Positions 1 through 7,898 of a stretch of 32,000 nucleotides of DNA are shown piece by piece (positions within the stretch are counted from its first letter, which is position 1; every line of letters begins with the position of its first letter). The notes beneath the pieces are model-generated. The model was not told where the DNA came from and did not search any database. It worked only from the letters and a program-made list of their open reading frames with translations. Position numbers and translations under genes: made by a program. The stretch is from NCBI RefSeq assembly GCF_000020385.1, contig NC_010814.1, positions 690,001 through 722,000 on the forward strand, given 5' to 3'. Source of the DNA: Trichlorobacter lovleyi SZ. GTDB lineage: Bacteria > Desulfobacterota > Desulfuromonadia > Geobacterales > Pseudopelobacteraceae.

Positions 1-23
1 GTTACTGTCTCTACAAAAGAGAC

Positions 24-902
24 ATGAGCCATCTGCTGACCAGAAAGCTGGAACTGGTTCAGCGCCTTGAGTGCGCACTGGCAGAGGGTAACCTGCACCT
101 GTATTACCAGCCGAAGGTTGAGTTGTACGCCGGTATGATGGTTGGGGCTGAGGCGTTGCTCCGTTGGCAGGATCCGGTGCTGGGGTGGGTGAGCCCGGCT
201 GAGTTTATCCCGGTGGCAGAGGGACGCGGCTTGATGCCCCAAATTGGTGAGTGGGTTCTCAAAACCGCCTGTCAGCATATCAAGAGTTGGAAGAGTAAAG
301 GGCTGAACTGCCGTGGTAAAATTGCCGTTAACGTTTCTGCTCAACAGTTTGGAGACCCCTATTTCCTTGAGCGGGTGGCACGGGTGCTTGAAGAAACCGG
401 TGTGTTGCCATCCAATATTGAACTGGAGTTGACAGAAAGTTGCCTGATGGACGATCCGGAACGGATGTCCGAGATCATGAAGTCACTACGGGGGATGGGG
501 TTCAGTATTGCAATCGATGACTTTGGTACCGGCTATTCATCACTGGCCTATCTCAAGCGGTTTCCGATCGATACCCTGAAAATAGACCAGACCTTTGTCA
601 AAAATATGCTTGATGACAATAATGATAAGGCAATTATCTCGACCATTCTGGCGATTGCCAAACAAATGGGGCTGATGACGGTCGCTGAAGGGGTCGAGAC
701 GGAAGAACAGCGTTGCGCGCTTCAAAAGCTCGGTTGTGTTCTGGCTCAGGGATATTATTTCTGTCGGCCGGAGCCGATGGACGACTTTACGGAAAAGAGG
801 CTGAAAGCTGTCTGTTTGCTCCCGAAAAACAGTAATGCAAAACAGCCTGCGATGACTTCAGCGGGGCGTGTCAAGGAAGCTGCCGGTAGCAGTGCTGTAT
901 AA
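24..902 (+). CDS. EAL-domain c-di-GMP phosphodiesterase (stand-alone EAL, 292 aa)
   Basis: ORF 24-902. EAL signature blocks occur in order: YYQPKV, EALLRW, AVNVS, ELELTES, DDFGTGYSSLAYLKRFPIDTLKIDQTF, AEGVETEEQ, QGYYF. All catalytic-type residues are present. There is no in-frame stop between the window edge and ATG24, so an N-terminal extension outside the window cannot be excluded. Confidence 0.85.
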   Translation: MSHLLTRKLELVQRLECALAEGNLHLYYQPKVELYAGMMVGAEALLRWQDPVLGWVSPAEFIPVAEGRGLMPQIGEWVLKTACQHIKSWKSKGLNCRGKIAVNVSAQQFGDPYFLERVARVLEETGVLPSNIELELTESCLMDDPERMSEIMKSLRGMGFSIAIDDFGTGYSSLAYLKRFPIDTLKIDQTFVKNMLDDNNDKAIISTILAIAKQMGLMTVAEGVETEEQRCALQKLGCVLAQGYYFCRPEPMDDFTEKRLKAVCLLPKNSNAKQPAMTSAGRVKEAAGSSAV

Positions 903-923
903 AAGGCTTGGTTTGACAAAAAA

Positions 924-943
924 AACGCCCGGTTACGGGCGTT
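924..943. terminator. Bidirectional intrinsic terminator between convergent genes
   Basis: Stem aacgcccg / cgggcgtt with a gtta loop. An A-run lies upstream (917-925) and a T-rich tract downstream. It sits between the stop of the EAL gene (902) and the stop of the minus-strand ORF (958). Confidence 0.8.
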
Positions 944-957
944 TGAGGGAGAGGATG

Positions 958-1299
958 CTATTTCTTGCGGCGGTCTGCTAATGAGACCACCTTCTGGCCT
1001 GCATCGGCAGGAGGGCTGCTCTTTGCCGCCTTGACCTGTGCTTCCAGTTTGCGCCGCTCTTCCTCAAGGGGAGAGATCAGCTTTTCAAGACGGAGGGGAG
1101 TGCCTCCCATAGTGAAGGGAGCCTCATCCAGCTGTTCTTCGTCCAAAATCCAGGTGAAAACCTGGAGCGGGAAGGTCAGTACCAGCAGTTTTACCTGCCA
1201 CCAGCCCGGCTTGACATCGGGCGTGATCTCTTCCAGGCGGGCATAGAAACCGGGCTTGTTGTCCACATGTACCAGTACCAGGTCGGATTCTAAAATCAT
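958..1299 (-). CDS. Hypothetical protein, 113 aa (MILESDLVLVHVDNKPGFYARLEEITPD...)
   Basis: This is the internal ATG (1299) of track ORF 958-1446. It is preceded by the SD-like AAAGGGAAAC. The longer N-terminal extension would run into the rnpB RNA gene. I recognise no family. Confidence 0.6.
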   Translation of the reverse strand: MILESDLVLVHVDNKPGFYARLEEITPDVKPGWWQVKLLVLTFPLQVFTWILDEEQLDEAPFTMGGTPLRLEKLISPLEEERRKLEAQVKAAKSSPPADAGQKVVSLADRRKK

Positions 1300-1328
1300 G
1301 TAGGTTTCCCTTTGAATATTGAGATATT

Positions 1329-1702
1329 GGTTGGAGCAGGCCGTAAGCCGGGTTCTGTTTCTGCCGGTGGTTACCCGACGGCAGATGATGATCATTCCTC
1401 TAGGATCACCGTTACCGGTGACCTCAAGCAGCCAACCCGGAGGCACGGGCGGGCCGCCCTTGACGCCTCCCTATTCGGCCTTGCTCCTGGCGGGGTTTAC
1501 CTGGCATCCGGTGTCACCACCGGACCCGGTGAGCTCTTACCTCACCCTTTCACCCTTACCCGTCGAAACGGGCGGACTTCTCTCTGTGGCACTTTCCCTG
1601 GGGTCGCCCCCGCTGGTGATTACCCAGCGCCCTGCCCTATGGAGCCCGGACTTTCCTCCCTCTGACCTGGGTCAGACAGCGATCATCTGGCCTACTCCAA
1701 CC
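1329..1702 (-). ncRNA. rnpB: RNase P RNA, bacterial type A
   Basis: The reverse complement carries the universal blocks GAGGGAGGAAAGTCCGGGCTCCATAGGGCAGGG, GGTAAGGGTGAAAGGGTGAGGTAAGAGCTCACC, AGCAAGGCCGAATAGGGAGG and ACAGAACCCGGCTTA. These are near-identical to E. coli M1 RNA. A 14-bp P1 helix forms between 1689-1702 (GGTTGGAGTAGGCC) and 1329-1342 (GGCCTGCTCCAACC). Confidence 0.97.
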
Positions 1703-1883
1703 AAACTGCTGAAAAACTACTGTGAAGACCGTCGATTGCGTTGTGTGGTGCTTGCTTCTGCGCTGATCAATTATCTATGTAGTGGGGGGAGATGCCCCCG
1801 TGCGCTGCCTCGTCGGTCTTCCGCATGACGTTTTTCGCTACTATGCCAAACAGGACACCATCGTCGCTGCTTAATCGTATCTA

Positions 1884-2609
1884 CTACTCTGCCGCTGCTG
1901 CCGGTTCCTGTTTCAGAACCAGAATCCGCTGGCAATGGGGGCAGAAGTACATCTCGTCTCCTTTAAACAGCATGTTGTACAGCTGGGGCGGCAGTTGCAT
2001 GTTGCATCCCATGCAGGAACCGTCCCGAGCCTCGGCCAGGGCCTGTCCGCGGCGTTGATCGCGCAGTTGTGTGTAACGGCGGACCAGACTGCTTGAAAGC
2101 TCCTTGACAATGGCATCACGCTTGGCGGACGCTGTATCAATAGTGCTTTGCAGGGCAGCAATAACCGCCTGCTTTTCTGCACTTCCGTTCTTTGTACTGT
2201 CTGCAAGGGTGGCAAGCTCTGCCTGGCAGGCATCAATGGTTGCCTGCAGCTCTTCGCACCGGCCATCAAGCTGCAACTGTTGTTCTTCGAGGTCACTTAC
2301 CTGCTTGCGTGCGGCAGTGATTTCCCGGCCAACAGCCTGAAACTCTTTGTTGGTTCTGATCTCTTTCATATTGGTTTCTGAACGGCGAATATTTTCCTGC
2401 TCAGTGTGCAGAGCCGTATCCAATTCAGCCTTTTCACGTCTGAATGCAGTCATCTGAGCCTGGTGTTCTGCAAGGGCAGCCTGAACCGCGGCAAGCGACT
2501 GTTCAAGTTCAGCTATGCCGGCATTGAGTACTGCCTGTTCCGCCTTCTTTTCGGCGATGGTTTGATCAATGCCTTGTAGCTCTTCCAATAAGTCGAGTTT
2601 CTTTTTCAC
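1884..2609 (-). CDS. Coiled-coil C4 zinc-ribbon protein (COG1579/DUF164 type)
   Basis: GTG start at 2609 follows AAGGAGA. The protein has a long heptad-rich coiled coil. The C-terminus reads CMGCNMQLPPQLYN...FCPHCQRILV, two CxxC pairs. It lies 14 nt downstream of nif3, the usual partner gene. Confidence 0.8.
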   Translation of the reverse strand: MKKKLDLLEELQGIDQTIAEKKAEQAVLNAGIAELEQSLAAVQAALAEHQAQMTAFRREKAELDTALHTEQENIRRSETNMKEIRTNKEFQAVGREITAARKQVSDLEEQQLQLDGRCEELQATIDACQAELATLADSTKNGSAEKQAVIAALQSTIDTASAKRDAIVKELSSSLVRRYTQLRDQRRGQALAEARDGSCMGCNMQLPPQLYNMLFKGDEMYFCPHCQRILVLKQEPAAAAE

Positions 2610-2623
2610 TTCTGTCTCCTTGG

Positions 2624-3766
2624 TTAAATGACTTCTGCTGTGCGGCTGATAAAGGTTCTGAATGGATTCTGCTCACATTCGGCCCTGATGATTTCAACAG
2701 AATGGCCGGCCTGGGCGAGGGCGTTGCCCAGAAACTCCTGTATGGCAGCCACCATGAGGATCTCGGTGCCAAAGTGACCGGCGTCCAGCAGTGCTATCCC
2801 TTGTGCCTCTGCTTCACGGGCTTCGTGATACTTCAGGTCGCCGGTCAACAGCAGGTCTGCTCCGGCCCGGATCGCATCGTGGAGCAATGATGAACCGCTA
2901 CCGCTGCAGAGGGCAATTTTGCGGATGCTCCGGCCAGTATCGCCGACAAAACGGAGCGTTTCACAATCCAGCTGTTTTGCTACGCTCCCGGCCCAGTCTG
3001 CCAGCACTACCGGTTCGGGCAGGTAGCCGATCCGGCCCAGCCCTTTGGCGGCAGCTTCATTCAGCAGAGGATAACAATCAAAGGCAGGCTCTTCATAGGG
3101 ATGTACGGCCAGCAGGGTGCGGATTGCCCTGGAAAGCTGATCACGTCTCAGCAATAATTCCAGACGTTGCTCAGCTACCTTTTCCTGTTTACCTATGGTG
3201 CCAATAGCTGGTTCTGCTCCGGCAAGGGGCAGAAAGGTGCCTTCACCGCGGGTACTGAAGGAGCAGTCCTGGTAGTTGCCGATGGACTCTGCATGGGGGA
3301 GCAGTGCCGAACGTACCGTGGCAAGCTGTTCTTCCGGTACAAATACGACCAGTTTGATCAGCTCGTCCCGGCTGGTAATTTTGAGCGGCCGGGTTTGCTG
3401 CAGGCCGATCCTGTCTGCCAACAGGTCATTCAGTCCGTCGGTAGCTATGTCATAGTTGGTGTGCATGGCCAGCAAGGCCAGTCCACCCTGGGCAGCCAGC
3501 AGCAGGCTGTTGCCGGTGGAGGTTGAAGAAGTGATCTGGCGGAGAGGAGAGAAGATCAGGGGGTGGTGGGTGACCAGCAGATCACAGTTGTGATCAAGTG
3601 CGGATGTAATAACCTGTGGGAGCGGATCCAGTGCTACCATGATGCGGGTGACGCTCTTTGTTGTGTCACCCAGCTGTAATCCCACGTTATCCCAGTCTTC
3701 AGCCAGACGGAAGGGGTACTTTTTGTTAATGATTCCGGCTATGTCTGACAGTTTTGGATTGGTCAT
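2624..3766 (-). CDS. Nif3-like dinuclear metal centre protein (YqfO/YbgI family, long form with inserted domain)
   Basis: From ATG 3766 the protein reads MTNPKLSDIAGIINKKYPFRLAEDWDNVGLQLGD...HHPLIF...MHTNYD...CSGSG...DLLLTGDLKYHEAREA...LDAGHFGTE. The track's longer ORF (to 3895) would overlap the tRNA gene. Confidence 0.85.
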   Translation of the reverse strand: MTNPKLSDIAGIINKKYPFRLAEDWDNVGLQLGDTTKSVTRIMVALDPLPQVITSALDHNCDLLVTHHPLIFSPLRQITSSTSTGNSLLLAAQGGLALLAMHTNYDIATDGLNDLLADRIGLQQTRPLKITSRDELIKLVVFVPEEQLATVRSALLPHAESIGNYQDCSFSTRGEGTFLPLAGAEPAIGTIGKQEKVAEQRLELLLRRDQLSRAIRTLLAVHPYEEPAFDCYPLLNEAAAKGLGRIGYLPEPVVLADWAGSVAKQLDCETLRFVGDTGRSIRKIALCSGSGSSLLHDAIRAGADLLLTGDLKYHEAREAEAQGIALLDAGHFGTEILMVAAIQEFLGNALAQAGHSVEIIRAECEQNPFRTFISRTAEVI

Positions 3767-3778
3767 GCCGTATAAATG

Positions 3779-3811
3779 AAAAGAGTGCATCCCTGTGAGA
3801 TGCACTCTTTT
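3779..3811 (-). terminator. Stem-loop downstream of the tRNA (probable intrinsic terminator or processing hairpin)
   Basis: Perfect 13-bp inverted repeat aaaagagtgcatc / gatgcactctttt with a 7-nt loop. On the minus-strand RNA it is followed by UUUUCAUUUAU. It lies 73 nt downstream of the tRNA 3' end and 13 nt upstream of the nif3 ATG. Confidence 0.6.
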
Positions 3812-3883
3812 TGACCTATGGTCGTAATTGATCGGTAACTGACTGACCGCATCCGGTCTAAACCTCTGCTGGGGAAGTTGATA

Positions 3884-3960
3884 TGGTGGGCCCACCAGGA
3901 CTCGAACCTGGGACCAACCGGTTATGAGCCGGTGGCTCTAGCCAACTGAGCTATAGGCCC
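3884..3960 (-). tRNA. tRNA with CAT anticodon (elongator Met or, more likely, lysidine-modified Ile2); CCA encoded
   Basis: The reverse complement GGGCCTATAGCTCAGTTGGCTAGAGCCACCGGCTCATAACCGGTTGGTCCCAGGTTCGAGTCCTGGTGGGCCCACCA folds as a 77-nt cloverleaf. The anticodon loop is CTCATAA. G1:C72 rules out an initiator. C4:G69, C5:G68 and the variable loop TGGTC resemble E. coli tRNA-Ile2. Confidence 0.93.
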
Positions 3961-3974
3961 GTGCAGTAAAGTGT

Positions 3975-4005
3975 ATTAATACAGGTAATTTTCTTCGTGT
4001 GTCAA
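3975..4005 (-). promoter_or_regulatory. Sigma70-type promoter for the tRNA gene
   Basis: The minus strand reads TTGACA-18 nt-TATTAAT. The -10 element ends about 14 nt before the tRNA 5' end. Confidence 0.6.
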
Positions 4006-4017
4006 GGTATTTCAGGT

Positions 4018-4581
4018 TCAGGCCCGGCTGAGGAAGCGGCCGTCGCGAGTATCCACCTTGATCTTGACGCCGTTTTCCAGGTAGGGCGGGACTTTCAGTT
4101 TCAGGCCGGTTTCAAGGATGGCATCCTTGGTTTCGGCCGTGGCTGTGGCATGTTTGATGATCGGCGCTGTGTCTGTTACGGTCAGTTCCACTACCATCGG
4201 CGGTTCTGCCATGACCATGCGGCCCTGGAACAGACCCAGGGTGACTTCAGTCCCTTCCAAAAGGAAGAGGGAAATGGCGGAAAAAGCCTCTTCGTCCATC
4301 TCGAATTGTTCATAGGTCTCCAGGTCCATAAAGACACCGCATTCGCCATCGGCGTAGAGAAACTGTCCCTTGTGACGCTCATAATCCGCCTCTTCGACTT
4401 TGTCACCGGAGCGAAAGGTGCGGTCCAGTACCTGCCCGGTCAGCAGGTTGCGATAACGGGTTTTTACCATCGTGTTTGCGCCGCGGGCAGAAGGGGACTG
4501 GATAGTGACGTCAAGTAGCAGGCAGGGGGCGCCTTCCAGCTGGATGACAAGCCCTTTTTTAAAATCAGAGGTGGTGTACAT
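4018..4581 (-). CDS. efpL: Elongation factor P paralogue of the YeiP/EfpL subfamily
   Basis: 187 aa with EF-P architecture. The tip of the beta3-beta4 loop reads IQSPSARGANT, compared with E. coli YeiP QSPTARGAAT and canonical EF-P KPGKGQA. It therefore has Arg instead of the modified Lys. SD AAGGAG lies upstream of the ATG. Confidence 0.85.
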   Translation of the reverse strand: MYTTSDFKKGLVIQLEGAPCLLLDVTIQSPSARGANTMVKTRYRNLLTGQVLDRTFRSGDKVEEADYERHKGQFLYADGECGVFMDLETYEQFEMDEEAFSAISLFLLEGTEVTLGLFQGRMVMAEPPMVVELTVTDTAPIIKHATATAETKDAILETGLKLKVPPYLENGVKIKVDTRDGRFLSRA

Positions 4582-4663
4582 GCACAGGCTCCTTAAAGAA
4601 AGATTGGAGCGGCATCATACCCGGTCGTTGTGAAAAATTCCAGTGGCAAGGGATGGGAAAAAA

Positions 4664-4693
4664 TCCCCCCGCGGTAGTTAACCGGCGGGGGGA
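4664..4693 (-). terminator. Intrinsic terminator of the ankyrin gene
   Basis: GC-rich stem tccccccgc...gcgggggga. On the minus strand it is followed by AUUUUUUCCC. It lies immediately downstream of the stop at 4700. Confidence 0.75.
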
Positions 4694-4699
4694 GAGAGG

Positions 4700-5122
4700 T
4701 TAAGCGTTACCGGCTTTTGATCGTTCGGCCTTCTTGAGAAGAGTGGCGGCAACCGGGTGGCTGTTGTTTTCAGCATACAGCACGGCGGTGTTGCCGCATT
4801 TGGTTTTTGCACGGGGGTCTGCACCGCCTTCCAGCAGGGCCTGTACCGTCAGGTTGCAGCCATAGATGGCGGCCAGCATCAGCGGGGTATGCCCATCGCG
4901 ATCACGTGCATCAATCTCGGCACCTTTCTCTATCAGCATTTTGACGATCTCGGTGTTGCCGTTGGCAGCGGCGTAATGCAGGGCAGTCTTGCCTTTGTCG
5001 CTGGAGGCGGTGATGTCGGCACCACGATGAAGCAGATCCTTGACGCTGTCGATCTGACCTTGCTTGGAGGCACTGATTAGCAGGGTGTGGCCGTTGCGAT
5101 CCTTGGCATTTACATTCTCCAT
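4700..5122 (-). CDS. Ankyrin-repeat protein (about 3-4 repeats, cytoplasmic)
   Basis: Repeats of the type G-TALHYAAANGNTEIVKMLIEKGAEIDARDRDGHTPLMLAA are present. ATG 5122 has GGGAGG 8 nt upstream, so it is preferred over the track start at 5143. Confidence 0.85.
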   Translation of the reverse strand: MENVNAKDRNGHTLLISASKQGQIDSVKDLLHRGADITASSDKGKTALHYAAANGNTEIVKMLIEKGAEIDARDRDGHTPLMLAAIYGCNLTVQALLEGGADPRAKTKCGNTAVLYAENNSHPVAATLLKKAERSKAGNA

Positions 5123-5627
5123 TGGTTTTTCCTCCCTTTGCATGAGATTGGTCTGCTGGTTTACACCGGTTCAATTGATGTTGCCGGGTTTGGATGCAAA
5201 GCCGGCCACCTGGAGGCAGTCGGCAGGATGAAAAAGGGTCTTTGGGTAGAGTGAACTGATGAGGAAATACGCTGGGGTAGCAGGAACAAGGGAAAGCCGG
5301 CGTGATTTGACATCCGCACAGGCTGGCCAAAAGCCGGGCCCCTGTAGTCGGTCAGCACGAACTGAGCCGCCGAGGTGAGCAGTGGTACAAGCACCACCAG
5401 CACCCTGACGGCAAACTGCGCTATGTCTGCGGCCTGATCCGTCATGGACACCTGCCGTGACACCGTAGTGTGAAGAGGATATCTCTATACCATAAAACTG
5501 TCCGGATGGCTACCGCTGAAAAGAAAAAATGGTGACCGTCTGACCGTCCTGTGCTTGCCCTTATCCCGATCTCAAGGTATATGAATACATTATAGGTCAG
5601 ATGACCTACTCAGCGGGAGGTGCTGGT

Positions 5628-6065
5628 ATGAAAACCCTTTTTTCTGTAGTGGTGCTGGTTTTGTTCTGGGCGGTCTCCAGTCCGGCAGCAGTGATTTATT
5701 TGAAGGACGGCGGGCAGATTAAGGCCAAGCGGGTCTGGCGGGAAAACGGGAAGGTTGTGGTGTTGGTAAACCATGAATCCATTACCAGTTTTGCAAGCAG
5801 TGAAGTAAACCTGAAAAAGACTTTTCCGCCACGCAAGAAACGGGTAAGACCGCAAAAGGCGACGCAGTCTCCTGCCGCTGCTCCGGGAGTTCCGGCAACA
5901 GGTGCCACCGCGGTGCAGGCACCGGAACAGCCGGCCACGGGGGGTAAAAAAATCACCCTGCCCAGCCTGCCGAACAAGTTGCCGGAGCGTCAGATCCCTG
6001 CCGCTTCTGAAGAGGGGACATTGCGCAAACAAAAGCGTGAGATGGAAGAACGTTTGAAAGAGTAA
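5628..6065 (+). CDS. Small secreted protein of unknown function (signal peptide, Pro/Ala-rich middle, basic C-terminus)
   Basis: ATG 5628 lies 7 nt after GGGAGG. The N-terminus MKTLFSVVVLVLFWAVSSPAAV looks like a signal peptide. It is followed by a short beta-rich module (IYLKDGGQIKAKRVWRENGKVVVLV) and low-complexity sequence. Confidence 0.6.
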   Translation: MKTLFSVVVLVLFWAVSSPAAVIYLKDGGQIKAKRVWRENGKVVVLVNHESITSFASSEVNLKKTFPPRKKRVRPQKATQSPAAAPGVPATGATAVQAPEQPATGGKKITLPSLPNKLPERQIPAASEEGTLRKQKREMEERLKE

Positions 6066-6072
6066 ACGGTTC

Positions 6073-6876
6073 TTAGTGCGAGATGAGCAGCGGCACCGGT
6101 GCTTTGAGCAGCAGTTCCTGTGTGAACGGGCTTAATACCGGTGCCCTGTTTGATTTGTAGCTGAAGCCGCCTACCACAATCAGGTCCGCTTTTTTCTGGC
6201 GGGCCTGCTCCAGAAGTGCCTCTGCCGCATTGCCTTTCTGAATGACTATGATTTCTGTGGCGGCCTTTACGTGGTGGCGTGCAAGGTGCTGTTGCAGCAG
6301 GTTGATGGGCTGCTCTTCCCGTGCCCGGTTATCGTGGCTCGTGACCATTGCAACAATGCTGATATCTGTAGCAGCCTGAAGAAACGGCAGGGCGTCGTTG
6401 ACTGCCCTGACCGACTCCCTGCCGGCTTTCCATGCCACCAAGACTCTCTCACCAAACTGGAAGATGTCGCCACTGCCAGGGAATACCACAATCGGCCGTC
6501 CCGCACCGAGAATCAGGCGCTCGTGAAAATCAAGGTTTGTCCTGCGGCTATGCAGTTGGGTCGGTTGTCCAACCAGTATCGTGTCGGCATAGTGGCTGTG
6601 ATTGGTAACAATTTCAGCGAGCGGTGTTCCAACCGTATTCCAGTCAACCAACAGCCATTCCGTTTCAATCCCGGCTTTTGAGGTGGCATTGACGAAGAAC
6701 TCCCTCACTTGGGCGAAGTCGGACAGGTATGACGAGCTTGAGGTGTAATGGGGGTGGGTAATGACATACAGCCCCTTCAGTCGCCCACCGTGACGAGAGG
6801 CCAGATCTATGGCAGCCATCAATCTGGCTGTACATCCCGCTCCCCTGTCCATATGTACGATGATGTCAGTCAGCAT
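6073..6876 (-). CDS. Universal stress protein, tandem Usp domains
   Basis: 267 aa, two Usp-like halves. The second ends in the typical ...ADLIVVGG...(S)...LLKAPVPLLISH motif. It lies 41 nt downstream of hemB on the same strand. Confidence 0.75.
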   Translation of the reverse strand: MLTDIIVHMDRGAGCTARLMAAIDLASRHGGRLKGLYVITHPHYTSSSSYLSDFAQVREFFVNATSKAGIETEWLLVDWNTVGTPLAEIVTNHSHYADTILVGQPTQLHSRRTNLDFHERLILGAGRPIVVFPGSGDIFQFGERVLVAWKAGRESVRAVNDALPFLQAATDISIVAMVTSHDNRAREEQPINLLQQHLARHHVKAATEIIVIQKGNAAEALLEQARQKKADLIVVGGFSYKSNRAPVLSPFTQELLLKAPVPLLISH

Positions 6877-6917
6877 CCCTGCACCCTGTACTGCGTTTGT
6901 TGCAAGCGAACCAGAGC

Positions 6918-7898
6918 CTAGATGCCGCCTTTCAGCCAGCGTGCCACATCCTTGGCGTGATAGGTGATGATCAGATCTGCCCCGGCCCGCTTGAAGCCCA
7001 GCATGGTCTCCATCACCACCCGCTCTTCATCGATCCAGCCGTTTGCCGCCGCACCCTTGATCATGCTGTATTCGCCGGAGACATTGTAGACAGCCAGCGG
7101 CATGGCATATTCATTGCGCAGGTCACGCAGGATGTCCAGATAGGGAAGTCCCGGTTTGACCATGATGATATCGGCACCTTCTTCAATATCAGCCTGGGCT
7201 TCCCGCAGGGCTTCGAGACGATTGGCAGGGTCCATCTGGTAGGAACGCCGGTCACCGAATTGAGGCGTTGATTCGGCTGCCTCGCGGAACGGCCCGTAGT
7301 AGCCGGAGGCGTACTTGACTGCATAGCTCATGACCGGGATATGGCTGAAGCCGTTGTTGTCCAGAGTCTGGCGAATGGCAGCCACCCGCCCGTCCATCAT
7401 ATCGGAGGGGGCTACCATGTCGGCACCGGCCTGGGCGTGGGAAAGGGCTTCCCGGGCCAGCAGTTTGACCGTGGCATCGTTGTCGACATCACCATTTTTG
7501 ATGATGCCGCAGTGGCCATGGTCGGTGTATTCACACAGACAGACATCGGTAATGACCGCCAATCCCGGCACCTCTCGCTTGATTGCCCGGATTGTCTCCT
7601 GGATAATGCCATGCTCGGCATAGGCGTCGCTTCCAACCGCATCCTTGGTCTCGGGAATGCCGAACAGGATCACTGCCGGTATGCCCAGCCCATGGACTTC
7701 TTTGGCCTCGGCAACGATATGCTCAATGGATTGCTGAAAGATACCTGGCATGGAGGAAACCTCTTTGCGGATACCACTGCCAAAGGCTGAAAACATCGGA
7801 TAAATCAGATCGTTGGCTGAGAGTGTAGTCTCTCGTACCATCCGGCGGAATACCTCTTTGCCACGGATCCGGCGAGCCCTGAAACGGGATGAAAACAT
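6918..7898 (-). CDS. hemB: Porphobilinogen synthase (delta-aminolevulinate dehydratase), Zn-type
   Basis: Full-length match to the HemB pattern: RRMVRET.L...DLIYPMF, the Cys-rich zinc site [14 protein letters not shown], active-site MVKPG and SGEYSM. GGAGG SD is present. Confidence 0.95.
   Translation of the reverse strand: MFSSRFRARRIRGKEVFRRMVRETTLSANDLIYPMFSAFGSGIRKEVSSMPGIFQQSIEHIVAEAKEVHGLGIPAVILFGIPETKDAVGSDAYAEHGIIQETIRAIKREVPGLAVITDVCLCEYTDHGHCGIIKNGDVDNDATVKLLAREALSHAQAGADMVAPSDMMDGRVAAIRQTLDNNGFSHIPVMSYAVKYASGYYGPFREAAESTPQFGDRRSYQMDPANRLEALREAQADIEEGADIIMVKPGLPYLDILRDLRNEYAMPLAVYNVSGEYSMIKGAAANGWIDEERVVMETMLGFKRAGADLIITYHAKDVARWLKGGI

Noticed and set aside
1312-1828. Track ORFs on the + strand (1312-1665, 1319-1828), and the N-terminal extension of the minus ORF to 1446
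   Set aside because: They lie entirely within or antisense to the unmistakable RNase P RNA gene. The predicted peptides are low-complexity and Pro/Gly/Arg-rich, as expected from translating a GC-rich structured RNA.
2624-3895. Long version of the nif3 ORF (423 aa) from the track
   Set aside because: The first 43 codons run across the terminator hairpin and into the tRNA gene. The Nif3 family N-terminus aligns with the internal Met at 3766.
5192-5207. GGATGCAAAGCCGGCC, reminiscent of the ACGCAAAGCC core of c-di-GMP-I (GEMM-I) riboswitches common in Geobacter
   Set aside because: There is no upstream GGCAAA element, no GNRA-capped P1b hairpin and no matching tetraloop-receptor helix. An isolated 8-nt similarity is insufficient.
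5362-5441. TPP-riboswitch-like fragments (CTGAGC ... ACCC ... CCTGATCCG)
   Set aside because: The spacing between ACCC and CCTGATC is about 30 nt rather than a few nt. The UAAU..GCG..AGGGA 3' half is absent. This also shows that by-eye riboswitch matches in this region are error-prone, including the B12-like one.
5161-5463. 100-aa minus-strand ORF upstream of the ankyrin gene
   Set aside because: It has no convincing SD. The C-terminal two-thirds are a compositionally odd Pro/Ser/Phe-rich sequence, and I recognise no family. The first ~40 codons do look coding-like, and a weak promoter (TAGCCA-17-TATAGA) could serve it. It is therefore not excluded, only left unannotated pending homology or expression data.
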